NCBI GenBank assembly: GCA_000320545.1 | Contig: ADNK01001965.1 | Location: forward strand, 62,001-126,000 | DNA length: 64,000 nt | Direction: 5' to 3' | DNA from: Bigelowiella natans CCMP2755 | Taxonomy: Eukaryota; Protista; Cercozoa | In this document: piece by piece, positions 42,305 to 53,272 of the stretch | Layout: every line of letters starts with the position of its first letter | Numbering within the stretch: position 1 is the first letter of the stretch | The notes under the pieces: generated by a model | What the model saw: only the letters and a program-made list of their open reading frames with translations | Database searches by the model: none | Told to the model about the DNA's origin: nothing | Program-made: the position numbers and the translations under genes

Positions 42305-43085
42305 TTCGGAGAATTTGATTTGTCCGCTGAAGGGTGTTTTTCAGTAAAATCTGGGAACGAAACTATGTCTCATGCCTAAATTTCCGCAAATAAAGGGAAC
42401 TGTCTGACGCCGTGGAAGCTGTGATATATGTAAGAGGCTGGGTTTGAATATGATTATTTCGGGAAATTATTAACATACGATTCTATTATGACGACTTGAT
42501 GAATGTCAATCTTTTTTTAAAAATATAACTTGATTTTTAAAATTCAGAAAAGAAGTCGAGAAAACATAAGTGGAATACTTTCTCAGATCTACATTGACAC
42601 CGTTAGAATGTGTACATAAACTGAATGCCGTCTGTTTTATCCTAAAAGTAGAATTATCCTCCAGTTTTCTTCTCTTTCTTGTTGTGTTTCCAGAAAGATG
42701 TGAATCTTCTTAGCGCGAAACAGTAGCGCGAACTCCGTTCCCGAATTGTGTGTCCTGACATCCGACTGGGAAGACTGTGCAAGGAAAAGAGCGCTTATTT
42801 ATTCTTACAAACGAATTACCGAATGTCGCAGAGTATAAATGCAATACGTTTTTACCTTTTTTGGGCGCCGCCCATCCCCCCTAAAACCAAACGAAAACCG
42901 AAGAAGAAAATGAGGTCTGTTTCCCTTCCTTCTTTCGATGCTGGATCAATACGAGTAGGGGATGGCAGGAGAGGGGTGGATGCTCGAAGGATTTTGACCT
43001 CGCATGCAAGAAATTGTCGATGAATCGCTGTGTACTATGAAGTGACAAGTGTTTGTGTTACACAACAGAATTAGAAGTCGTAACA

Positions 43086-44027
43086 ATGCCGTTCTCTCCA
43101 ACAAATATGTCCAACTCAAATCCAACCAAGCCGCACTCTCCCTCCGGGGTGGAGCAAAACTCGAAGCAAGGGATCCTCAAGGGTCATCAGAAACCTGCGA
43201 AAGAGAAGAAGGTCCATTTTGGACCTGTAAAAATTAAGGTCGTGGAGGCCCTGAGATGGTACTACAACTGAGATTTCGTGACTATTGAATGAATTATCAT
43301 GTAAAAGGTTAGACTGATTTGTTAACGTTGCAGGGAAGCACTCCGAGGGAATATTCGGGAGCCATCCGGACCCGACCCCGATTACTGCACAATTGGCATT
43401 TGTCGCCAACGTCGCCTCTCACAGCTTTTAGCCAAAATTCAAGCTAGATTTGTGTTACGGAGATGGAGAGACAAAGCAGCGGTTGCAACAGCTGTGAGCG
43501 GTCCAACACGAACTGGATCTGACACTGACACAACAGCGTGCACAACAGATTCGGAGATGCTGTCGTTTTGCACATTTATGCCTGAAGGATTTAACCTTGT
43601 GGATGTTGCTGACGACGACGAAGCCCCATGGGGCTTTGATGACGAAGAAGATAATGAAGAGCAGGAGGAAGAAGAAGATAATGAAGAAGAAGAGGGAGGA
43701 GAAGAAAGAGCAAGTGAAGCAAGGGAAAAGAGAGGTGACGGTTCGGCAGACTCTGAAATAGTAGATGAATGGGAGGGAGAAGGCGATACAACAGATGAAG
43801 GAGAAAATTCGTCGAATCTCTCGGATAATACTCTAGATTTTCATTCAGATAGAAAGTCCCCGCGATATTGCAGGATGAGTAATGATGGAAAATTGGAGAG
43901 AAACCATACTGAAAAGAAGATAATCAACGACCTGATTCGAATAAATACAAATAATAATGATGAAATGCAGACTTATACTACAGCTGAAGTGCTCAGTGGG
44001 ACAGATGTTGCAGCTTTACAGGCATAA
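43086..44027 (+). CDS. Disordered acidic protein with PP1-docking-type motifs (GILK, KKVHF); intron 43259-43333
   Basis: ORFs 43053-43271 and 43452-44027 join in phase through a GT-AG intron. E/D-rich C-terminal half. Confidence 0.65.
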
Positions 44028-45197
44028 CCTGCTTGTACCTTAGGAAAAATCAGCAATTAGAATGTAAATAAATTAACCGAGGTCAGCATACGCGACATGA
44101 TAACTACAGCGATATGAGAGCCATATTTTTTGATAAAATTGTAGTCCAAAGCAGTACAATTCGACATGACAATCTCTTGTCCATGTCATCTATAGCACGC
44201 TAAATGCGAACATAATAATTAGGCCACAAGTAACATAAATGATTTAGTCGACATGCATAATATCTGCCGCTATAGTGTGTGTGTGTGTGTATGTGTACAG
44301 GTGATGCATGATGCATACCTTGTCGCGGTGTTATGCTGAACTATGTCTCCATCTGATGACGACGGCTGCACACATGCTATTGACAAGCGAAATTTTGTGA
44401 ACACGTGTTTACTCAAGATTATTAAATTCCACGAATCGAATAGCATCCAATGTCATGTAATATCATCTGCGCCTTCTTCTAGACCGAAACAAGATCGACG
44501 ACGCATGCGATTGCATGCATGAAAAACATCACAGCGGAGATCAACAGATTAACATTAGCACTGTAGCTACATAGCCGCTATATTGGTCACATATATATAC
44601 ACAGCTACATTAGGATGACCATTGAACAAATTCAATTGGTTGATTACAGTCGTACATCCGTCTCATGTACGACATGAATATATATAAGGCAACAAAGCAT
44701 GAATAAATATGTGTACTTGCGCTAGCTAGCTACAATAGCAACACAAGCGAGCACATATACATGCATGTAAGCTGTACACATACGATGTAACTGGCACGGC
44801 GCATCTGAAAGCTAGATCGCATGCAAGGGCTGTAACATTGTATCTGCAGTCAGGGCGGGCTTGCATGCCTGTATGCCATGCTAGCATAGCATGTGGGCAA
44901 GCGATATATCTTGCGCGCGTTGGGCCGGTATAAAATAAAACATCTCTTTATGAAATCAGAGCTAATTCTTCGCTTGGGCCGCGCCATTATGACTGCATGC
45001 TGCAAATAGAAATGTATGTAGTTCAAGTCTTAATAATTATTGCTATCAAGTAGTACTTATCTCTCATCATTTTTGCGTGGTTATTCACCTTAGCTTATTC
45101 CTTCTTGCATCGCGGTACAAAATATTCGATTTATCCCTCTGTACATTCCAGCTATCTGCTGCACTCTTCTTGAACCCTTTTGCTAACAGCAGGTGAC

Positions 45198-46871
45198 CTA
45201 CACTGACGCAGTCTGATGCGGTGCATCATCATCATCGAGATCATCTATGCGGAATACCACGTCGTTTTTCTTTTGTGGGTCGTCTTCGTGGAGCTCCTTC
45301 TTCTCCTCGTATACCTGGCCGCTGTGCTGGAGATTGGCATTCATTTTTGCAGTTGTTGCGGCTGTCGCGTTTTTGTTGTTATTCTTAATATCTGCCATCC
45401 TATCCTCTGTGTTGTCTGATTTTCTCTCATCAGTGCGCCGTCGTCGCACAGCAGAAGTAGGTGGACTTGGGCGCGACGATGTAGGAACTAGAGACCACGC
45501 CCCGGTATCAATGACAGACGTACACTTTGGACACTGGATGTGGCGATACGAGGCCTGAAATCTAGGTGAAGAATGGGGGAAGGGGGAGGAGATACGATGC
45601 AAAGTGTTCATTTTGGTGGACGCTCATCAGCTCTTCACGAGATCTCCTCCGTTGCAACAAAAAAGCGACGATGACCAAGCGACAATGAAGATATTGAGAA
45701 AGTATGAAAAATACTAAGGGTTATGGTGTCTTTCTCTTACTTCAATTTGCAACCACAGGCAGGACACTGTCGCTGTATCGTGATGTTATTTTTCCCTCTG
45801 CACACCCCGCATACGAAAGTACGGGTGGATCTTGGTATCTAGAACACAACAGTAACAAAGAAAAACCAAGAGGACAATTTGATGAAAATAATCCCCGGAT
45901 ATACTCTTCAAAACGTTCGCACAACCACTGGTCATTACCAATCCCATCATCACCATCATCATCACCAGCAGCAGCAGCAGCAGCAGCAGCGGCACGCAGC
46001 ATCATTCCACTACTCTATTGGAGGTGCGGCAGTGTCCGCAGCGAACTATCAGCGTGCTGTCCGATCCTGGCCCAGCCCAAGAGCGCCTTGACTGTCGCAC
46101 ATTCGGTCGTGGAGGCGGGCGTGATTTCTGATCTGAACGTAGATGTGGATTTGTTGCACTTCTTCCTCGGGACGGGTGGCCATTTCTCTGAGGAGGGCTT
46201 TGGGTGAGTAATGTAATGCACTGATCAAGATCGCCCTTGCATGCCACGACGACGGCCTGCACTGTGGGAATGTCCAGGAACCCCATCTCCACCAACATCG
46301 ACACGACTCTCTGGCAGCGAACACAACCAATTGTCAGTGTCTTCACATGGACGATGTCACAGCATCCACACTCATATCCGCAAGCAATAACCACCAGCGA
46401 TGATAACTCACACCTACAATACCATTACATGAGTAGCACCTGATACTCCGCTATGTGCGAAGGAAGACCGGGCGGCGGTGGTGGTTTAGGAGGTGGGGTG
46501 GCAGTTGCTGTATTAATTGCGCGCCCTGAACCTCGTGGACGAGGGGCCGATTGAGGCAATTTACGGGTAGCATTGCGCCTCCGCGGTGATTCTATTGGGA
46601 GCTTATTCTTCAATCTCAAGAAGTCTCGCCATTGCTCAAGATCATACATACTTTGCTTTGTTGTGTCGACTGATCAAATAAATGAAAAGAACATTTCGGC
46701 AGTGTAAATGGGAGGGTTGCTGAAACTTCGTATATGGTCATAGCTGAGTATCACTACCATAAATTCGGGCCGCGTGCCAATCGCTCTGTTCATTTGGAAG
46801 TATATCATTCAGGCAATATAATCTCTCCCCCCCTCTCTCTCTCTCTTTCTCTTAGCAATGAGTATGTGTGC

Positions 46872-46912
<41 letters not shown>

Positions 46913-47528
46913 CATATGCATACGGCAATCCCCTTAATATCATGTTGTTTTTAAAGCCACGTGTTTTTGTGTGGATGTTTCAAGTTATTTTCTCAGATTC
47001 ATTGCATCGTTTATGGCAGAGACCTCAGTTTGAGGCATAGGCAGCAACTCTGAGGCAAGTTTAAGCCGAAACTTCTCCCTCTTCTTTATGTCTTCCTCTC
47101 CCAGCCATGTCGGTGTCTTCGGTGTTTTCGAAGAACCTTCATATTGGAGAGGGTTAGTACACTACAAGATGGTCTACTTGCCTATTGCATAATATCCTGT
47201 TCCATGATGAAAGAGGGATTATGATACCTAGTTTTGCCTTGCCATCGTCCGAGCTTAGTTGCGTTTGAATATCGACTCGAGACTTGGCCTTATTGTCTTG
47301 CTTTCGACCCGAGTCGAACGCCCCTTCGATTTCGACGTCCGCCTCCTGTATGGAATCTTCATCCTCCGTCATGAGCGTGCCCTGAATCATGTCTTCGGAA
47401 TTGAAGTTTGTTAACTCTATCTCCTCTGTATCTGCACGGACCACAAGGGGGATTCCCTCATCGTCTTGGTCACTTTGGTCCCCTGGTAAGGTCGAGGAAG
47501 AGGCTCTGGGCAGCAAGGGCGTTGTCAT
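45198..47528 (-). CDS. UBA-domain protein with Pro-rich linker and four CxxC motifs (ends approximate)
   Basis: UBA segment VSMLVEMGF...VACKGDLDQCITLL. Motifs CGHC, CGVC, CPAC and CPKC lie in consecutive exons. Acidic N-terminus. Confidence 0.6.
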
Positions 47529-48448
47529 GAAGAGGGAGATGGGGACCGGGAGCCAGGGGAATTCAGAACGATTCTCCCGAAAACAAAGAATTTGCAAAAC
47601 AAAGGGAATTTTACTGGTAAAACTGATCTATCATGTTGTCGCAGATAAATCTTTTAGTTTCTTCTACTTCATTTCCAAATGAAAGGACCATGGATCTCGG
47701 ACGCCTGCTCTTTTCAAACGGCTGAGATTCATGTGTGCGACAACAAATTGTTCTTGTCACAGGGTGTAATTTCAGTTGGAATTTATCCGGAGGAATGAAC
47801 CGCGATTGAGTTTTCAAAAAAAAGAAAATGCCCACATCGCACTCCAACTGCTGGATGGGATTCACTCCTTCCCATCTATTCAAACATTCGGAAATGCATC
47901 ATCTTCCTGTCCATTAGTTGGTTCCTGATTGAAGACTGCTTGACTGATTCTCACATGCATCATCGCAAGTGCTAGAGTGCTGTGCATCGTGGCCTCATTG
48001 CACAATGTGTCACACGTTCTTCACGAATGAGGCCGTCATCACAGGTAGATCCCGTGAAGAATGCAATGGCAGCAAAGCTAAGCGAATGAACACATGCACC
48101 ATGTGTGCACACGCAATCGTGCAAACGCAATTGGAACAAAATGTGCTGCGCACACGTGCACATGTGTCACGAGCAAAAACCCCTCTAGCCCTGCTCCAGG
48201 CTGCATGCTCCAACGAAGACTAACTGGCGATGTCATAGCATCAGACTGATAAAAGAAAATAAGCTAATTGTGTGCACTATCACACCATCATGATGGCAAA
48301 TGTAAATTCATCAGGTTTTGCATTGCTCTTTTACAACATGTTTACAAATGGATACATGCCCTTGTACTTAAAATAGTCTGGGCCAAGCAGACAGCACGCT
48401 GTTATATTGCACTGACTGCATAAACACTACGAAAGAAATTGAAGAATC

Positions 48449-49183
48449 CTACGCCTTGGATAGGACAATGCAGATGGCGCAAATGATCGATAGCGTGAAA
48501 ACACCGACTAAGAAATTTCCAAAATCAACTGTCAGAGATGTAGACCTTCTTCTAGAAACTGTTGCCATGTACAGGCGCTCAAAAATTGAATTATTACCAA
48601 GAAGTAAGTAGTTCCTTGTTCCTCTGATTTCTTTAAAGAAGAAAACGCTCCAAAGCGAGCCCACTAGACCAGGCCCAATGACGGCCTATAGAAGATAACC
48701 AATCCACATCAACCCACATCAATAAGCATACGGGTACATATTTCCTAGTACCAACGGGAAAGCCACTGTGTAGCCCAAAATTCCGTTGGCAATGAACCAG
48801 CCAACTTGTCCCAGGGCCCACATGCATCCTATCAGTGGTGGAATAGACCATATCGTAACCATGCCGTCGTGAATCGTGTACCACACAAATGCATGTGTGC
48901 GGAAGTAAATCTCAGGAGTGCACTTCATGCACTCTTCTGGCTTTCGTGCGGACCTGAAAGAAAAGCGGGGGCGCATAGCTCACTAGACACCCAAGGCTTG
49001 TTCTTCATAATCCTGTGGGAGTCATTGATTTAGACCAAAACACCGCTCAGTAACCAGGAAATGGCAACTCGACTAACGCTGAATTGTATTAGATACTACA
49101 TCGAATAGGCCAGGAATATCGTCATAGACATAATGATGATTCCGCAAAAGTGGGCGAAAACCTGTGGGTAACGTTTGAGGAGA

Positions 49184-49237
<54 letters not shown>

Positions 49238-49955
49238 CAACAAGAAACAAACACGCAATAAAATATCACACACGAAAGGCGCTCAACTCCAGGTGAGTTC
49301 ATGTTGCACACATCGCTGCTTCACACATCAAGGCCGTGAGTTTGCACCAGAAAGCTCACCGATTTCGACAGAGGTTTAAATTCATACGTGTGCTCATCAT
49401 CAGACTTTTCAAGAAAAAGAACTAATAATACTATAGCCAAGACGGCTAGCCTGTGACAAAAGTAGCAATTGGAAAGGGGGGAGAGGGGGGTGGTGTAGTA
49501 CGTAGTCAAGGGGCTCGGAACTAGCACCACGATAATGCTCAACGCACTTGTTGCCTGGAACAAAAGGACATATTAGATACATCATTTTGAACATTGTGAA
49601 GGGAAAATCCGGACAGAAAAGAGTGACGCCCATGACGAAGTGAAACACCTCTCCGTGGCAAGCAAAATACAAATGGGTCCCTATCGGATGAGATCCTCCT
49701 CATCCGACACATGGACGGCAATAGCACTTTTAGTGGTCATAGCTGTCGCCGTCGCCATCTTCAAATTTGATGATGATGATGATGACGATGATGATGATGA
49801 TGATGATATCAACCTTTTTAAAAAATGAATCAGAGATTTTTTTTTTCAAATTAAATCGTACCATCACTGCAGTTATGCTGCTGGATGTAGGTAGGAGGAT
49901 CGAAATTGTTCCCGAAGAGGAACCCTGCAGATCACGGTAGGAAAAGATTTTTAAC

Positions 49956-49994
<39 letters not shown>

Positions 49995-51818
49995 ACGTGC
50001 GCGCGCACGTGCTCATGCTGTACGCTCTTTTATGCGTTTGTGTGGGTAGTGCATGGTATCGAAACGAGATAGAAGCAGAGTCGGGAAGAATGCGTGCTCA
50101 CCGGCGCATACAGCGGCAGCGATGCCCTTAAATTTGGACTTTGGCTCTCCCTCCGCATCACTTTCAATATCTGTCAGTATAATATAAGCACGAGAGCAGC
50201 TGATCAGAGCGAGGCATCTGTTATTGCAAAGCATGAAAAGAAGGACGTGCATGGTGGATTAGTTGTTTTTTCAAAGACTTAGATCGCTGACCCTGATTTT
50301 GAATCGAGTCGGCTGTCTTCGCCTCCATCGCTGTTTACAAATAACAAAAAATTAAGGAAGAAGCGAGGCGGAAGAGACTTCCCCTTCGGCACCAAAATGT
50401 GTCCGAATTTGAAAACAAAGTAGCAGCAGCACGTAAGATGCCTCACCTTCCTCGGGCCCACTTGGCAGCTGGGTGAAATCGTCGACCCTTTTAAGATTTT
50501 TTTTTTAAAAACAAGTACGATTCAAATAATCAAGATGACACTAATCTTGCTTTGGGGTTTATGCAGAGATTTATATATACTTACGGTTTATCAGGAGTCA
50601 CTGTGACAAAGAAGCTGGTACCAAGGGAGAAAAGTGCAAAGCACAACCCCAGGACGTTTAGCCACACCTAAAGAAACCACAAATGTTTGGAGGTACCACC
50701 TAGCTTTGTACTTCATGCCTTTCGTCAAACAGGCTTGCACGACTTTTTTGCGCGAGGTACTAGGTCTGTAAAATTCTTCTATGTCCTCTTCTTTTTCATT
50801 TAGATGAAACACCATTTTCAGCTCATCTTTCTCAAGGTCGAAGAATCCGAAGAACCCAGTGGCCCATCCAACCATCAGAGCCTTAGTTTTGTCAATATTA
50901 GAATAGAAGCAGCACACTAAGCCCCGATTATGGATTGCCACAGTCTTATCATCCTATCTCATCATTCGTACCGTGGAGCCCCAAATGACTAGACCAAGAC
51001 CCATGCCTGACATGAACCATGGATAGATGGAGGGGGGTGTCAAGGAATACCAACAGCGACGTGGAGTGCAATATATTGAGATAGTGACCGATTTGTTGGA
51101 TGATGTAAACGCAGAGCACGTTTCCTGACCAAATTAAAGGATTTGTGGATTTATACCGAAGTGTGCGTTAGCTCAAGAATGACGCGGGGGGTAAATGTTT
51201 TAGAAAACAAAGGCGACCCTTTCTTTCTAGGACACACAGCTGGGAAAGAAGTTCTCGCTCACAAAGAAGAGGGGGGGTGGAGTAGCTCAACCTGTGGCCC
51301 AGAGAGCTCCTCCAAGCATAGAAAACGGGTAGAATTTAGGAGATCCTTGTATCAGTTGAACCTTTTGCATATCATTGTCCTCTCACGCCCCATCTAGGGA
51401 CGCAACCTAGTTGCAAGATCGAGTGTGCACTTACGACGAGACCCACTGTCCAAATGCCCATACACATGAAGAGCTGGAAGAAGACGCCATCCCCGCTGTG
51501 AAAAAATGGCTCGGTGTGATTATTCATCCGAGTTTCAATACATGCCACTATAAACGCAGACAGACCCTCATACCTGTCAAACCTCTTCACCACCACGAAG
51601 TTGGACCCAAAGAAGAGCATGGACATCAACACGCCGATGTATCTGATAATTATGCACCCCAGCTCACAACTGCTTCCAGTCATATCTCTCCTTCTAACGA
51701 TACCCGAGAATTGTCGCCGCCATCTTTCCTTTCTACTGCTGCCGGACGGGCTGGGGGAAGGGAATATCCGAACACAACAGTATCCGCCGTAAAGAGAGCG
51801 AATGTCTAGAAAGTCCAT
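48449..51818 (-). CDS. TMEM144: Transmembrane protein 144-like transporter (DMT superfamily)
   Basis: LFFGSNFVVVKRFD, GDGVFFQLFMCMGIW, MVGWATGFFG, GCMWALGQVGWFIANGILG and WSVFFFKEIRG. Confidence 0.85.
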
Positions 51819-52235
51819 GTCGCACTTGCAGAATCCCATGATTTTCGTTCTTTCTGAACCTTATACCGAGGAGGAGGAGGCCAACGCAGGCCGAAGTTTC
51901 GTGCGAGACAAGGAAATTAACCGAAAAGTCCAAAAATATCCGTCAACGTATCCCCGTTACCCCGTCATGATCTTCGAGCACTCCCATGGATAAACGACAT
52001 CTATTTTGTAAACACATGACAATTGCTTCAATGTCGTTCCCTCAAATTTTGCTGAGTTTCTTTTATTGTCGCACATCGCGGATGGGACCGCTTCATACGA
52101 TCGGGTTTTGAGGCATTTTCAGTGACGCCGCCACTGAGAACCTTCCCCGTTCTTGCGTGAGAACGTTCCTCGCATTCCTGACACGAGGAGCATTGCGGGT
52201 GAAACTACCTGAATTGTTTCCCAAGAGCAGTCAGA

Positions 52236-52307
52236 AGCGGCGTGGCGCAGCGGAAGCGCGTGAGGCTCATAACCTCGAGGTCCCTTGATCGAAACAAGGC
52301 GCCGCTA
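52236..52307 (+). tRNA. tRNA-iMet: Initiator tRNA-Met (anticodon CAT)
   Basis: Acceptor stem AGCGGCG/CGCCGCT with A1:U72. D arm TGGCGCAGCGGAAGCGC. CAT at 52268-52270. T-loop GATCGAAA typical of eukaryotic initiators. T-runs downstream. Confidence 0.95.
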
Positions 52308-52315
52308 TCTGTTCC

Positions 52316-52339
52316 TTTTCCTTTTCTGTATTTTTTTTT
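52316..52339 (+). terminator. RNA polymerase III oligo-T terminator
   Basis: TTTT, TTTT and T9 runs immediately after the tRNA. Confidence 0.7.
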
Positions 52340-52359
52340 CCTGCGTAGGCTTCCAGTAG

Positions 52360-52431
<72 letters not shown>
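52360..52431. repeat. (CT)n microsatellite downstream of the tRNA
   Basis: Seen directly. Confidence 0.95.
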
Positions 52432-52439
<8 letters not shown>

Positions 52440-53272
52440 CATGTTTGCAGGAAGGATCCTCGCCCCTGCAACGTAGAGATTATTGCGCTCCCTTAGTAAG
52501 GGAGATGTCGTCAGATTGGAAATCTTGATCGAAATTGTTCAGCTGAAACGTATGTGATCCTCAAAGCTTTGGTCTGTGCGATGGAGCAAGTACATCTGGT
52601 CTATTAATTCATTGTCTAGCTTTGTAACCAGATTCGAGAGTAGAATCATGACACCTAGAGCCGATTCAGTTCAGCTCAACTACGATTAGCGAGTTCTACT
52701 AGCAGGTAGGTAAAGCTAGGAAAGAGCTAAGTAGGTCACGCCGCGTTGCGCGTGCTTCAACGAAACGAAATTCGTCAGCATACATCACACTGCGTAACGG
52801 ATTTGTAATTATCTTATTAGAACTTTATCTGCCAACACATAACCGTACGTGACAGTTAATGTACAAGTAAGCATGAGCTACGACACATAGCACTCTCTGA
52901 TGCGTTGAAGTCATGCTCGCACTTTGCAACCTCTCAATTACATTGCAAGCGTACGGAATTGAGAATTCATTGCGGTCTTGAATTGTCTTCCTATGCGTTG
53001 ATATCAACACCTGTCATGCAGTCATGCATGGTGACATCCAAATGCAGATTGGCATGTATACACAACTCAATGTAGCTACATGCTAAATGTACTGCTGCAT
53101 TTGTTTATTACACATGTCACGATAACTAGATTAAATACATAATGGTGAGATCGTGGATGATGACAGCGTGCACTTGGATGGGCATATAGTCAGATCCGCA
53201 CCGAACTTGATCGCATAGCAGTAGATGGCTTGACTGAGTTGAGCACGAAAATCAGAGTACTGATGTTCCAAT

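Noticed and set aside
46620-46935. Apparent WW-like sequence (LP.DWHAARIYVD)
   Set aside because: Splice phases favour another frame (LPAIGTRPEFMSTQQSK) ending at a strong GTATGT donor.
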